A DNA stretch of 45,600 nucleotides from Firmicutes bacterium CAG:110 (lineage in GTDB: Bacteria > Bacillota > Clostridia > Oscillospirales > Oscillospiraceae), in contig HF988135.1 of the NCBI GenBank assembly GCA_000434635.1, positions 26,448 through 72,047 of the forward strand, read 5' to 3'. The position numbers and the translations under genes are program-made. Shown piece by piece: positions 35,933-45,600 of this stretch; position 1 is the first letter of the stretch; each line of letters starts with the position of its first letter. Under the pieces are notes generated by a model. It did not search any database. It saw only the letters and a program-made list of their open reading frames with translations, and had not been told where the DNA came from.

Positions 35933-38244
35933 GCCTTGCTCTCCTTCTTAGAGGATGTTTTCGTCGTCTTCTTCGTTGTGGTCTTGGCGGCGGTCTTCTT
36001 CACCGCAGTCTTTTTCGCCGCAGTTTTCTTTGCTGCCGTCTTCTTTGCCGGGGCTTTTGCCGTCGTTTTCTTTGCCGCCGTCTTCTTCTCGGCAGACTTT
36101 TCCTCCGGGGTGGCCTCCCCGTCCTCGGCGGTCTTCTTTTTATAGTAGCCCCGCTGGTCCTCCGGGAGGAAACGGGAGCATTTCTCGTTGATGCAGAAGG
36201 GCTTCATGCGCCCCTTGCCGGATTTCTTGAACAGGGTCTGACCGCACTCCGGGCAATCCTCAGCGGTGGGAACGTCCCATGTCATGAAGCCGCACTCCGC
36301 GCCCCGCTCGCAGGCGTAGTAGGCGTAGCCCTTCTTAGACTTGCGCTTGAGCAAGCCGCTGCCGCACTTGGGGCAGCGCCCCGGCATCCGCTCCACGAGG
36401 GGTTTGGTGTTCTTGCATTCCGGGTAGCCCGGGCAGGCCAGAAATTTTCCGAACCGGCCGGTTTTCACCACCATTTTCCGTCCGCACAGCTCGCAGACCT
36501 CGTCGGTCTCCTCCTCCGGCACCTTCAGATGAACGCCCTCCAGCGCCGTCTCCGCGTCAGACAGCTCCTTGCTGAAATCCTTGTAGAAATCCGCCAGCAA
36601 GTCCTTCCAGTTCTGCTTGCCCGTCTCCACATCGTCCAGACGGGACTCCATATTGGCGGTAAACTCCACATCGATGATATCGGTGAAGCGCTCCACCATC
36701 AGCCCGGTGACGATCTCGCCCAGGGGCGTGGGGGCAAGGCGCTTGTCCTGCTTGACTACGTACTCCCGGTCTTCAATGGTGGACACGGTGGCAGCGTAGG
36801 TGGAAGGACGTCCGACGCCCTTTTCCTCCATGGCCTTAACCAGCGTCGCCTCGGTATACCGGGCGGGGGGCTGGGTAAAATGCTGCTCCTTCTGGATGTT
36901 GGAGGGGTGCGTCTTCTCCCCCACCGCCAGATCCGGCAGCGGAGAGCCGACGGCCTCCTGCTCATCATCCCGTCCTTCTTCGTAAACGGCAATGAAGCCG
37001 GCGAAGCGCAGGCTCTGGTGGCTGGCGCGGAACACATGCCCGGCGCACATGGTGTCGATGGACACGGTGTCATAAACGGCGCAGGCCATCTGCGTCGCGA
37101 GGAAACGGCTCCAGATCAGCTTGTAGAGCTTATACTGATCGGGGGTCAGACTGGTACGCACCCGTTCCGGCTCCAGTTCCACATGGGACGGCCGGATGGC
37201 TTCGTGGGCGTCCTGCGCCCCTGCCTTGGTCTTGAACACATGGTGCTGGCCGTAATAATACTCATTTCCGTAGCGGCTGCGGATAAACCCGGCGGCAGCG
37301 TCCATGGCCTCGTCGGAAAGCCGCAGAGAGTCGGTACGCATGTAGGTAATTAAACCGGTGGTACCTTCCCCTGCCACGTCCACGCCTTCATACAGCTGCT
37401 GGGCGACCATCATGGTCTTTTTCGGCGTGAAGCCCAGCTTCCGGGACGCCTCCTGCTGCAAAGTGGAGGTGGTGAAGGGCGGCGCGGAATAGCGCTTTTT
37501 CTCCGCTTTTTTGACGTTGGTAACGTCGAATTCCTTCCCGTCAATGTCGCCGATCACGGCAAGGGTATCAGCCTCATTCTCCAGCTCCCGCTTCTTTTCC
37601 TCGCCCCAGTAGTGGGCGACAAAGGCGCCGGGCTTGCCCATACGGTTCAATGTCACGTCCAGCGTCCAGTATTCCTTTGGCTGGAACGCGCGAATTTCGT
37701 TTTCCCGGTCAACCACCAGTCGGGTGGCGACGGACTGAACGCGGCCTGCGGACAGACCCCGCCGTATCTTCTTCCACAGCAGCGGGGAAAGCTCATAGCC
37801 CACGATCCTGTCCAGAATACGCCGCGCCTGCTGGGCGTCAACCAGATCATAGTCGATATCCCGGGGGTGGCGGATGGACTCCTTGACCACCTTCTGGGTG
37901 ATCTCGTTAAAGGTCACACGCTGCGCCTTCCCGTCGGGGAGGTTCAGCAGCTCTTTCAAATGCCACGAAATGGCCTCGCCCTCCCGGTCAGGGTCGGTTG
38001 CAAGGTACACGGTTTTCGCCTTTTCCGCATCGGTTTTCAGTTCCTTGATCAGGGATTCCTTGCCCCGGACGGGGATATAATGGGGCGTGAAATCATGCTC
38101 CAAGTCCACGCCCATGGTGCTTTTCGGCAGATCCCGGAGATGCCCCATGCTGGCCTTGACAACGTAATCGTCTCCTAAATATTTGCCAATGGTCTTTGCC
38201 TTGGAGGGGGACTCCACAATCACCAGATTTTCAGGTTTGCCCAT
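35929..38244 (-). CDS. topA: DNA topoisomerase I (type IA) with zinc ribbons and a Lys/Ala-rich tail
   Basis: [35 protein letters not shown] and C4 zinc-ribbon motifs. Confidence 0.97.
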   Translation of the reverse strand: MGKPENLVIVESPSKAKTIGKYLGDDYVVKASMGHLRDLPKSTMGVDLEHDFTPHYIPVRGKESLIKELKTDAEKAKTVYLATDPDREGEAISWHLKELLNLPDGKAQRVTFNEITQKVVKESIRHPRDIDYDLVDAQQARRILDRIVGYELSPLLWKKIRRGLSAGRVQSVATRLVVDRENEIRAFQPKEYWTLDVTLNRMGKPGAFVAHYWGEEKKRELENEADTLAVIGDIDGKEFDVTNVKKAEKKRYSAPPFTTSTLQQEASRKLGFTPKKTMMVAQQLYEGVDVAGEGTTGLITYMRTDSLRLSDEAMDAAAGFIRSRYGNEYYYGQHHVFKTKAGAQDAHEAIRPSHVELEPERVRTSLTPDQYKLYKLIWSRFLATQMACAVYDTVSIDTMCAGHVFRASHQSLRFAGFIAVYEEGRDDEQEAVGSPLPDLAVGEKTHPSNIQKEQHFTQPPARYTEATLVKAMEEKGVGRPSTYAATVSTIEDREYVVKQDKRLAPTPLGEIVTGLMVERFTDIIDVEFTANMESRLDDVETGKQNWKDLLADFYKDFSKELSDAETALEGVHLKVPEEETDEVCELCGRKMVVKTGRFGKFLACPGYPECKNTKPLVERMPGRCPKCGSGLLKRKSKKGYAYYACERGAECGFMTWDVPTAEDCPECGQTLFKKSGKGRMKPFCINEKCSRFLPEDQRGYYKKKTAEDGEATPEEKSAEKKTAAKKTTAKAPAKKTAAKKTAAKKTAVKKTAAKTTTKKTTKTSSKKESKA
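35932..36090 (-). repeat. Degenerate 15-bp coding repeat (KKTAA) in the TopA C-terminus
   Basis: Translation [43 protein letters not shown]. Confidence 0.85.
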
Positions 38245-38293
38245 GAATGAAAATTCTCCGTTTCGTTACTTCAGATTCAGCGGTTACGTCTCT

Positions 38294-39553
38294 CTATTTC
38301 CCGCTCAAAACAATGCGCTTGCCCGGCAGGCGCTTGATTATGCCCTTCAGTTCCAGCATGGTCAGGCTGGAAAGCAGCTTTCCGGTGGACAGGCCGGTTT
38401 CGGCGATCACATCGTCCACCAGCCGCTCGCCGCCGCTCAGGGCGTCCACAATGGTCTGCTCCTCCGGCGACAGCTTCGGCCTGACCGAGCCTACGTCACT
38501 ATAAGGCGCGCAAGGCGTCTTGTCAATGCCCTGATGGGCTAAATCTTTTTTAAGATTCTCATTTTTCCGGGGAAGACGCAGTTTCTGCGCCACTTTCAGC
38601 AGCGGTTTTTCCGCTTCCGCAGCCTTGTGCACCTCGTCCGGATAGGCCGTCTGGTGGGCGGGCGCATCTTCCTTCCGAATCTTATCCGGAAAGAGGGCTT
38701 CATATTCGCTCAGAATGTCCCAGCCGGAGGAAACCATGATCGCCCCGTCCCGCAGAAGCCGGTTGCTCCCCACAAAGGACGGCTGGTCGATGTTTCCCGG
38801 CACCGCGAACACGTCCCGCCCCTGCTCGGCGGCTAAGCGGGCGGTGATCAGCGCGCCGCTTTTCTCCGGCGCTTCCACCACCAGCACCCCGCAGCTCAGG
38901 CCGCTGATGATACGGTTCCGCTTGGGAAACGTCCATTTTGCCGGCGGCGTCCCCGGCGCGAACTCGCTGAGAATGCAGCCGTATTCCTCCGTGTCCCGGA
39001 ACAGCGCCCGGTTGGAAACGGGATAGACGATATCCGCGCCGCACCCCAGCACACCCACCGCAGGCGCGCCTGCGGTCAGCGCTCCGGACATGGCCATGCC
39101 GTCGATGCCGTAGGCCATTCCGGATACCACAATGCCGCCGCAGCGAGCAATCTGATAGCCCATGCGCTTGGCGGTGGTCAGGCCGTAGGCCGACGCCTTC
39201 CGGGTGCCGACCACGCCGATCACCGGGCTTCCGTCAAAATCCGGCAGCCGCCCCTTATAATACAGCACAACGGGCGGGTCGGCAATATTTTTGAGCCGTG
39301 CGGGATAAGCCGCATCCTGACAGGTCAGGATGTGGAGCTTTTCCCGGCCACAGGCTTCCAGAATTTCCTCCGCGGAGGTCAGATTTTTCTCCCGAAGGGC
39401 AGTCTTTGCCTCCTCGCTGAGACCGATGGCGTCAAACGCCCCGTCGTCGGCGAAGTAAATGTCCTCAGGATCCCGAAAATGCTGCAACAGTGCCATTTTG
39501 TCCCGGTCGTTCAGCCCGGGGCGATGGGCGAACCATATCCAGTGTACCAGCAT
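38294..39553 (-). CDS. dprA: DNA-processing protein DprA (Smf)
   Basis: YPARL, VGTR, VSGMAYGID, FPKRNRIISGLS, SGALITA and a C-terminal winged helix. Confidence 0.95.
   Translation of the reverse strand: MLVHWIWFAHRPGLNDRDKMALLQHFRDPEDIYFADDGAFDAIGLSEEAKTALREKNLTSAEEILEACGREKLHILTCQDAAYPARLKNIADPPVVLYYKGRLPDFDGSPVIGVVGTRKASAYGLTTAKRMGYQIARCGGIVVSGMAYGIDGMAMSGALTAGAPAVGVLGCGADIVYPVSNRALFRDTEEYGCILSEFAPGTPPAKWTFPKRNRIISGLSCGVLVVEAPEKSGALITARLAAEQGRDVFAVPGNIDQPSFVGSNRLLRDGAIMVSSGWDILSEYEALFPDKIRKEDAPAHQTAYPDEVHKAAEAEKPLLKVAQKLRLPRKNENLKKDLAHQGIDKTPCAPYSDVGSVRPKLSPEEQTIVDALSGGERLVDDVIAETGLSTGKLLSSLTMLELKGIIKRLPGKRIVLSGK
38498..38526 (-). promoter_or_regulatory. Putative internal sigma-A promoter inside dprA, facing topA
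   Basis: Minus strand reads TTGACA-17 bp-TATAGT, with an A-rich tract upstream. Confidence 0.65.
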
Positions 39554-39589
39554 TTTCTCACCTGTTTCTCTCTATATTATGCCGTTTCT

Positions 39590-40339
39590 CTATTGCTTCA
39601 TCTGCCACATGACGATGGCCGCCGCCACCGCCGCGTTCAGGGACTCACAGCGCTTATTCATGGGGATGATAAGCTCCCCGTCGGTGCTTTCCAGAATTTC
39701 CCGGCGCACGCCCTGCCCTTCGCTGCCAATGACCACCGCCATGCCGCGAAGGTCAGCATTGCGCAAATCCTTCGCCCGCTGACTCAGTGCCGTCACGGCC
39801 ACAGGAATTCCGGCAACCCCGCAGGCGGCCTTTACCTCCGCCCAGTCCGCTTTCACCGGCTGGGTGCGGAACACCGCGCCCATGCTGGCGCGTACCGTCT
39901 TGGGGCTGTAGGGGTCGGCGCAGCCTTCCAGCAGCGTCACAGGAATGTCCAGCGCGTCCGCCGTGCGCAGAATGGTTCCAAGGTTTCCCGGGTCCTGAAT
40001 GCCGTCCAGCAGCAGGCAGCCGGGTGTCGGCGCATATGTCTTCTTTTCCGGCAGGCGGCACAGAAACAGCGCCCCCTGCGGGCTTTCCATGGGGGAAATG
40101 GATGCCATCACGTCCTCCGGCACACGGAAAAGCCGCACCGATTCCGGCACGTCTGCGTGAACGCCGTCGGATAAGATCACCGTGTCCAGTCCCGGATACC
40201 AGCGGACGGCCTCTCCCAGAAGCTTGACCCCGTCGGCAGCGAACAGCCCCGCTTCCTCCCTGGCCTTCCGGGAAGAAAGCAGCTTTTTCACCTGTTGCAA
40301 CAGGGGATTTTTCCGGGAGGTGATTCTCTGCTCCGTCAC
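39590..40339 (-). CDS. TrmH/SpoU-family RNA 2'-O-methyltransferase
   Basis: IQDPGNLGTILRTA, VRASMGA, IGSEGQG and ESLNAAVAA motifs. Confidence 0.93.
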   Translation of the reverse strand: MTEQRITSRKNPLLQQVKKLLSSRKAREEAGLFAADGVKLLGEAVRWYPGLDTVILSDGVHADVPESVRLFRVPEDVMASISPMESPQGALFLCRLPEKKTYAPTPGCLLLDGIQDPGNLGTILRTADALDIPVTLLEGCADPYSPKTVRASMGAVFRTQPVKADWAEVKAACGVAGIPVAVTALSQRAKDLRNADLRGMAVVIGSEGQGVRREILESTDGELIIPMNKRCESLNAAVAAAIVMWQMKQ

Positions 40340-40983
40340 AGCTTCTGCACCCTGCTGAGGGCGTAATTGTCCCCCAGAACCACCATCACGTCCCCCTCCT
40401 GAATCCGATAATCCGCGGCGGGGGAAACGTTGGTCTTGTCCCCGTTTTCCACGGCGATGATGTTCACACCCAGCTTCGCCCGGACGTTCAGTTCATTGAT
40501 GCACTTGCCGATCCAGCTCTTGGGGGCGGGAACCTCCAGAATTCCGTAGTCCTGGGAAAGCTCGATGTAATCCAGCACATTGTGGGAATACATGCTTCTC
40601 GCCAGCCGCTGGGCGTGTTCCTGCTCCGGAATGACCACCCGGTCGGCACCCAGCTTTTCCAGAACCAGCCGGTGGGTCTCGTCGTGGGCTTTGCAGACGA
40701 TGTAGGGCGCGCCCAGCTCCTTTAAGTTCATGGTGATCAGCACGGAGGCCGCAAGATCGTCGCCGATGGCAATGACCGCGCAGTCAAAATTCCGCACGCC
40801 CAGCGCCCGCAGGACTTCCTTGTCCCGGGCGTCGCCCACCACCGCGTGGGTGACGTCGTTGGCAAGCTGCTGCACAAGGTCGTTGTGCACGTCCATGGCC
40901 AGCACCTCCGCCCCCAGCGTGCACAGCTGCCGCGCCAGAGAGCCGCCGAAACGGCCGAGACCGATGACAATGTAAGACTTCAT
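40336..40983 (-). CDS. ktrA: Potassium uptake regulatory subunit (KtrA/TrkA family, RCK domains)
   Basis: IGLGRFGGSLA Rossmann motif, LGADRVVIPE and an RCK_C domain. Confidence 0.92.
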   Translation of the reverse strand: MKSYIVIGLGRFGGSLARQLCTLGAEVLAMDVHNDLVQQLANDVTHAVVGDARDKEVLRALGVRNFDCAVIAIGDDLAASVLITMNLKELGAPYIVCKAHDETHRLVLEKLGADRVVIPEQEHAQRLARSMYSHNVLDYIELSQDYGILEVPAPKSWIGKCINELNVRAKLGVNIIAVENGDKTNVSPAADYRIQEGDVMVVLGDNYALSRVQKL

Positions 40984-40993
40984 ATTCTTCTCC

Positions 40994-42373
40994 TTATCCG
41001 ATCAGCAAATTGGTTTCCGCATAGCGGAACCGCTCCTCCGCCCGGTTTCCCGCCAGGAAGCCCAGGCTGATGGTCAGCACGCCGACCCGTCCGAAATACA
41101 TATAAATAATGATCAGAATCTGCGCCGGGATACTTAAGGAAGCCGTACCGCCCGCGCTTAATCCCACGGTCGCCAACGCCGAAACCGCCTCATACACGGC
41201 GTCCGTAAAGTCCATGGGCGACGTGGCGCTGATGAAAATGCCGCCGAAAACGGCCAGTGCCAGCACGATAAAGGCAATGATCATGGCGTTCTGGGTCTGC
41301 TCGTCGGGGATCGTCCGCTTGAAGGCGCAGACCGTGCTTTTCCCTCTGGCTCTCGCCCAGATGGTCAGCACCAGCACCAGAAACGTCACGGTCTTGATGC
41401 CGCCGGCGGTGGAGCCGGAGGAGCCGCCGATGAACATCAGCACGCTGGAAAAGGCCTTGCCGCTTTCCGTAAGCTTTGCCTGATCAATCGCCGCAAACCC
41501 CGCGGTGCGCAGTGTAGCGGACTGGAAAAAGCCGTTGAGCAGCTTTTCGCCCACAGTCATGCCGCCCAGCGTCTCCGGGTTGTTCCATTCCAGCAGACAG
41601 GTTCCCGCCCAGCCGACGGCAAGCAGCGCCGCCGTGATCAGCAGTACCAGCTTGGTGTACACGCTGAACTTGCGCAAGGAGCGCTTCCGGGCAATGTTCT
41701 CCCACACCAGAAAGCCCAGGCCGCCGATGATGATCAGCGCCGACAGCGTCAGAAGCACAACGGGGTCTGCGTTAAATTCTATCAGGCTCTGCCCCGGGGC
41801 AATGGCGCCGAAAATGTCAAAGCCCGCATTGCAGAACGCGGAAACAGAGTGAAAAATGCCCCAGCGCAGCGCTCTTGTAAACCCATACTCCGGCCAGAAC
41901 CGAAGGGTCAGAATGATCGCCCCCACTGCCTCCACGGAAAAGCTTCCGGTAAGCACCAGCTTTTGCAGCCGCACCACGCCCTTGATATCGTTCACGCTCA
42001 GGGACTGGGCGATCATCAGCCGCTGCTGGAGGCCGATCTTCCTGCGCAGCAGAAAAATCAGCAGTGTCGCCACGGACATGAAGCCCAATCCGCCAATCTG
42101 AATCAGACACAGAATCACAATCTGGCCGAAACCGCTCCACTGGCTCCAGGTATCGTACAGCACCAGTCCCGTCACACAGGTGGCGGAGGTGGCCGTAAAC
42201 AGCGCCGGGCGCAGCCCGCAGGACACCCCGTTCCGGGACGCGGCGGGCAGAGTCAGCAGCAGCGCCCCCAGGAGAATGATCGCGGCAAACATCAGTGCAA
42301 CCATCTGCGTGGTAGCAATGTGCCTGGGTCGGTGCTTCATCCAGAAGACCACCAGCTTTCCCCGCAGAGACAT
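40994..42373 (-). CDS. ktrB: Potassium uptake membrane subunit (KtrB/TrkH family)
   Basis: SATCVTGL, SAFCNAGF, RTAGF, STAGGIK and SALATVGLS motifs. Start revised to ATG 42373, with an AAGGAG RBS. Confidence 0.92.
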   Translation of the reverse strand: MSLRGKLVVFWMKHRPRHIATTQMVALMFAAIILLGALLLTLPAASRNGVSCGLRPALFTATSATCVTGLVLYDTWSQWSGFGQIVILCLIQIGGLGFMSVATLLIFLLRRKIGLQQRLMIAQSLSVNDIKGVVRLQKLVLTGSFSVEAVGAIILTLRFWPEYGFTRALRWGIFHSVSAFCNAGFDIFGAIAPGQSLIEFNADPVVLLTLSALIIIGGLGFLVWENIARKRSLRKFSVYTKLVLLITAALLAVGWAGTCLLEWNNPETLGGMTVGEKLLNGFFQSATLRTAGFAAIDQAKLTESGKAFSSVLMFIGGSSGSTAGGIKTVTFLVLVLTIWARARGKSTVCAFKRTIPDEQTQNAMIIAFIVLALAVFGGIFISATSPMDFTDAVYEAVSALATVGLSAGGTASLSIPAQILIIIYMYFGRVGVLTISLGFLAGNRAEERFRYAETNLLIG

Positions 42374-42422
42374 ATTTGCGCTCCTTTCCGGCAGGCACAC
42401 CCCGCCATCATACGTTTTCTCT

Positions 42423-42450
42423 ATTATAGCAACTTTACATTCTTTTGCAA
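42423..42450 (-). promoter_or_regulatory. Putative sigma-A promoter for the ktrB operon
   Basis: Minus strand reads TTGCAA-16 bp-TATAAT with a TGn extension. Confidence 0.6.
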
Positions 42451-42482
42451 GTCTCAATTCATCCCAGCCGCAAAATAGGCAA

Positions 42483-42511
42483 TTTACATTTTCTCCCGGG
42501 TGTGCTATACT
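42483..42511 (+). promoter_or_regulatory. Putative sigma-A promoter for the ade-NUDIX pair
   Basis: TTTACA-17 bp-TATACT with a TGn extension, 29 bp before ATG 42541. Confidence 0.65.
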
Positions 42512-42540
42512 GGTCAAAAACTTGGAAAGGGGCAGATTTT

Positions 42541-44274
42541 ATGAGTTATACAGAAAGCTGGTCGGGAAAGATCAACCGCAAGCTTCTAAAAAAGCTGCAC
42601 ATCATTGATGTCGCCGCCGGGCGGGAGAAAGCTGATCTGGTTCTGAAAAACGCCACCTATGTCAACGTGTTTTCCGGGGAGCTGGACACCGGCGACATTG
42701 CCGTGGCGGAGGGTCTGATCGTGGGCCTCGGCAGCTACGAAGGCCGGGAGGAAGCGGACATGACCGGCAAGATCGTCTGCCCCGGCTTCATCGACGCCCA
42801 CATCCATCTGGAATCCAGTCTGGTTTCCCCCGCGGAGTTTGCCCGGGCAGTCATCCCCCACGGCACCACCACCGTCATCACCGACCCCCACGAGATCACC
42901 AACGTCATGGGCACCGACGGCATCGACTATATGCTCTGCGCCACGGAAGGGCTGCCGGTGGACACCCAGTTTATGATTCCCTCCTGCGTCCCGGCGTCGG
43001 CGCTGGACGAAAGCGGCGCGAATCTGGACTACCGGGATATCGACAGCTTTTTCGACCATCCCCGGGTGCTGGGTCTTGCGGAAATGATGAATTTCCCCGG
43101 CGTGATCTCCGCCGACTCCCCCACCGTTGCCAAGATCATTGCGTCTCAGGCGCACCACAAGAAGATCGACGGCCACGCCCCCGGTCTTTCCGGCACCGAC
43201 CTGAACGCCTACATTGCCGCCGGTGTCTACTCCGACCACGAGTGCGCGGACATTGACGACGCCATGAAGAAGCTGAAGCTGGGTCAGTTCATCATGATCC
43301 GGGAGGGCACCGCCGCCCGGAATCTGGAGGCTCTGATGCCCCTGATCAAGTCCCAGAAATATTTCAGCCGCTGCATGTTCTGCACCGACGACAAGCACCC
43401 CAGCGATCTGCTGGAAAAGGGTCACATCGATTACATCTGCCGGGAAGCTGTCGCCATGGGTGCCGACCCCATCATGACCGTACAGGTGGCCTGTCTTCAC
43501 GCCGCCCGGTACTTCCTGCTGAATAACCGGGGCGCCATCGCCCCCGGATATCTTGCGGACTTCGCCATCGTGGAGGATTTGAAGGACTTCCACGTGGTGA
43601 CGGTGTACAAGCGGGGCAAGCGGGTCTACCACGACGGCATTGTGGAGGACTTCCCCCTGCCTGAGATCCCGGAACACCTGAACAAGCGCGCCCACGACAC
43701 CTTCCACCTGCCGGTGCTTTCTCCCGCGGACTTTGCCAACACCCGTCTGCGGGGCGTCATCGGCATGGTGCCGGGGCAGATCATCACCGAGGACGCGGGC
43801 TACGCCGCTGGAGTGGACGTATCCAAGGACATTCTGAAAATGGCCGTTGTAGAGCGGCATAAAAATACCCGCCACATCGGCATTGGCTACCTCAAGGGCT
43901 ACGGTCTGAAATCCGGCGCGGTGGCCACCTCCGTCGCCCATGACAGCCACAACATCATCTGCGTCGGCACAAATGACGAGGACATGGCCTTCGCCGTCAA
44001 CCGCATTGCCCGGAACCGAGGCGGCATCGTGGTCGTGGAGAACGGGCAGGTGCTGGCCGAGCTTCCTCTGGAAATTGCCGGCATCATCAGCGGCAAGCCC
44101 CTGCGGGAGGTCAACACCCTTCTGGAAGACGCCAAGAAGGCCGCCCACGCTCTGGGCGTCGGCACGGACATCGACCCGTTCATGACGCTGTCCTTCATGA
44201 GCCTGCCCGTTATCCCCACCCTGCGCCTGACGACCCGGGGCGTGGTGGATGTGAACACCCAGCAGTACGTATGA
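42541..44274 (+). CDS. ade: Adenine deaminase (AdeC)
   Basis: PGFIDAHIHLESS, DPHEI, AEMMN, DGHAPG, SDHE, CTDD and AHDSHN motifs. Start revised to ATG 42541. Confidence 0.95.
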   Translation: MSYTESWSGKINRKLLKKLHIIDVAAGREKADLVLKNATYVNVFSGELDTGDIAVAEGLIVGLGSYEGREEADMTGKIVCPGFIDAHIHLESSLVSPAEFARAVIPHGTTTVITDPHEITNVMGTDGIDYMLCATEGLPVDTQFMIPSCVPASALDESGANLDYRDIDSFFDHPRVLGLAEMMNFPGVISADSPTVAKIIASQAHHKKIDGHAPGLSGTDLNAYIAAGVYSDHECADIDDAMKKLKLGQFIMIREGTAARNLEALMPLIKSQKYFSRCMFCTDDKHPSDLLEKGHIDYICREAVAMGADPIMTVQVACLHAARYFLLNNRGAIAPGYLADFAIVEDLKDFHVVTVYKRGKRVYHDGIVEDFPLPEIPEHLNKRAHDTFHLPVLSPADFANTRLRGVIGMVPGQIITEDAGYAAGVDVSKDILKMAVVERHKNTRHIGIGYLKGYGLKSGAVATSVAHDSHNIICVGTNDEDMAFAVNRIARNRGGIVVVENGQVLAELPLEIAGIISGKPLREVNTLLEDAKKAAHALGVGTDIDPFMTLSFMSLPVIPTLRLTTRGVVDVNTQQYV

Positions 44275-44756
44275 GCGGCATAGACCTTTCTTTTGTCTCC
44301 GGCAAGGAAAAGTTCAATTACCGTGTCTGCGCCGTCATCCTTTCGGAGAGCAAACTGCTTGCCATGCACGACGAGCGCTCCCCCTACTATTACCTCCCCG
44401 GCGGGAGGGTGCAGATGGGGGAAACGGCGGAAGCCGCCGTGGTGCGGGAGGTTCAGGAGGAACTGGAGATCACCCCGGAAATCATCCGTCCCCTGTGGCT
44501 GAATCAGGCATTTTTCACGGAGGATGTGGACGGCCTGCACTACCACGAGCTGTGCCTGTACTTCCTGATGGACATTTCCCACACGGATTTGCTGTCCAAA
44601 GGCGAAAAGTTTACCCTGTTGGAACGGCACCACACCCACAAATTTGAATGGCTGCCCTTTGAACGGCTGGAACGGGAATATTTCTATCCCCTGTTCCTGA
44701 AAAAGGAAATTTTCCACCTGCCGGAAGCCCTCACCCTCCGCACGGAACTGGAATAA
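44271..44756 (+). CDS. NUDIX hydrolase
   Basis: PGGRVQMGETAEAAVVREVQEEL Nudix box; ATGA overlap with ade. Confidence 0.92.
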   Translation: MSGIDLSFVSGKEKFNYRVCAVILSESKLLAMHDERSPYYYLPGGRVQMGETAEAAVVREVQEELEITPEIIRPLWLNQAFFTEDVDGLHYHELCLYFLMDISHTDLLSKGEKFTLLERHHTHKFEWLPFERLEREYFYPLFLKKEIFHLPEALTLRTELE

Positions 44757-44760
44757 ACGC

Positions 44761-44803
44761 AAAACGCCCTGTCCGCTTTTCAGCGGACAGGGCATTTGTT
44801 TTT
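44761..44803. terminator. Bidirectional intrinsic terminator between the convergent NUDIX and clpB genes
   Basis: 12-bp stem GCCCTGTCCGCT / AGCGGACAGGGC, with an A tract before and a T-rich tract after. Confidence 0.85.
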
Positions 44804-44809
44804 GGGGAA

Positions 44810-45600
44810 TTATTTCATCACCAGTTCGCCGTTTTCGGCGTCCACGGTGACGGTCTGACCCGGGGTAACGTCGCCCCGAAGCAGACGCTTGCTGAGCATG
44901 GTCTCCACCGTATGCTGCACATAGCGGCGCAGGGGACGGGCGCCGTACTGCGGGTCATAGGCCGCGTCCACAATGGCGGCCTTGGCCGCAGGCGTCAGCT
45001 CACAGCGGATCTGCTGGTCAGCCAGACGGTCGTTGAGCTTGGCGATCTGCAGGTCGATGATCTTGGTCACATTCTCCTTAGTCAGGGGCTTGTAGAACAC
45101 GATCTCGTCCAGACGGTTGAGGAACTCCGGCCGGAAGGTGCGGCGCAGCAGCGCGCGAACCTGCTCCTTGGCACTTTCCTCAATGGTACCGTCGGCGTTG
45201 ATGCCGTTCAGGATATACTCAGAGCCGAGGTTGGAGGTCAGGATCAGAATGGTGTTCTTGAAGTCCACGGTTCTGCCCTGAGAATCGGTGATCCGGCCAT
45301 CGTCCAGCACCTGCAGAAGCACGTTGAACACGTCGGGATGCGCCTTCTCCACCTCGTCGAACAGGACGACGGAGTAGGGCTTGCGGCGTACCGCTTCGGT
45401 CAGCTGGCCGCCTTCCTCATAGCCCACGTATCCGGGAGGCGCGCCGATGAGACGGGACACGGAGTATTTCTCCATGTATTCGGACATATCGATACGCACC
45501 ATGTTGTTCTCGTCGTCAAACAGCGCCTGCGCCAGCGCCTTGGCAAGCTCGGTCTTGCCCACGCCCGTGGGGCCAAGGAACAGAAACGAGCCGATGGGGC
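44810..45600 (-). CDS. clpB: ATP-dependent chaperone ClpB, C-terminal AAA+ domain (5'-partial)
   Basis: [40 protein letters not shown] and GARPLRR motifs. No IGF-type ClpP-binding loop after TSNLG, which favours ClpB over ClpC. Confidence 0.9.
   Translation of the reverse strand, partial: PIGSFLFLGPTGVGKTELAKALAQALFDDENNMVRIDMSEYMEKYSVSRLIGAPPGYVGYEEGGQLTEAVRRKPYSVVLFDEVEKAHPDVFNVLLQVLDDGRITDSQGRTVDFKNTILILTSNLGSEYILNGINADGTIEESAKEQVRALLRRTFRPEFLNRLDEIVFYKPLTKENVTKIIDLQIAKLNDRLADQQIRCELTPAAKAAIVDAAYDPQYGARPLRRYVQHTVETMLSKRLLRGDVTPGQTVTVDAENGELVMK

Noticed and set aside
39554..39589. CATAATA upstream of dprA as a sporulation-sigma -10 element
   Set aside because: No convincing matching -35 element at the proper spacing.
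42586..44795. 520-aa and 298-aa minus-strand ORFs
   Set aside because: Antisense to ade and the NUDIX gene, with no motifs of their own.

Overview
Window from a moderately GC-rich Firmicutes chromosome (Clostridia, probably Oscillospiraceae-like; inferred from gene content). Bases 1-32.2 kb are one very large minus-strand surface-polysaccharide locus with at least 16 glycosyltransferases, running off the left edge. It appears to be split into two transcription units. The upstream unit (32203-14872) has CapD, an initiating phosphoglycosyl transferase, FnlABC (UDP-L-FucNAc), LicD, a Wzy-like protein and a Wzx flippase. The downstream unit (14574 to <1) has a deacetylase, Wzm/Wzt ABC exporter, a radical SAM enzyme and a pyruvyltransferase. 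Each unit has a near-consensus sigma-A promoter overlapped by a TGTCGAA (Spo0A-box) heptamer. The remainder is housekeeping: rnc, plsX, trmFO, topA, dprA, a TrmH methyltransferase, ktrAB, adenine deaminase, a NUDIX hydrolase and the 3' end of clpB. The most unusual signal is non-coding: two elements of exactly 167 bp (14705-14871 and 32460-32626). They differ widely in sequence but share TAC...GTA ends, a duplicated TGA inside a CTGAG target, an AAGTC motif and the same multi-hairpin architecture. One sits in the wzx stop codon, the other inside a REP-like repeat. All calls were made by eye, without database searches or folding software.
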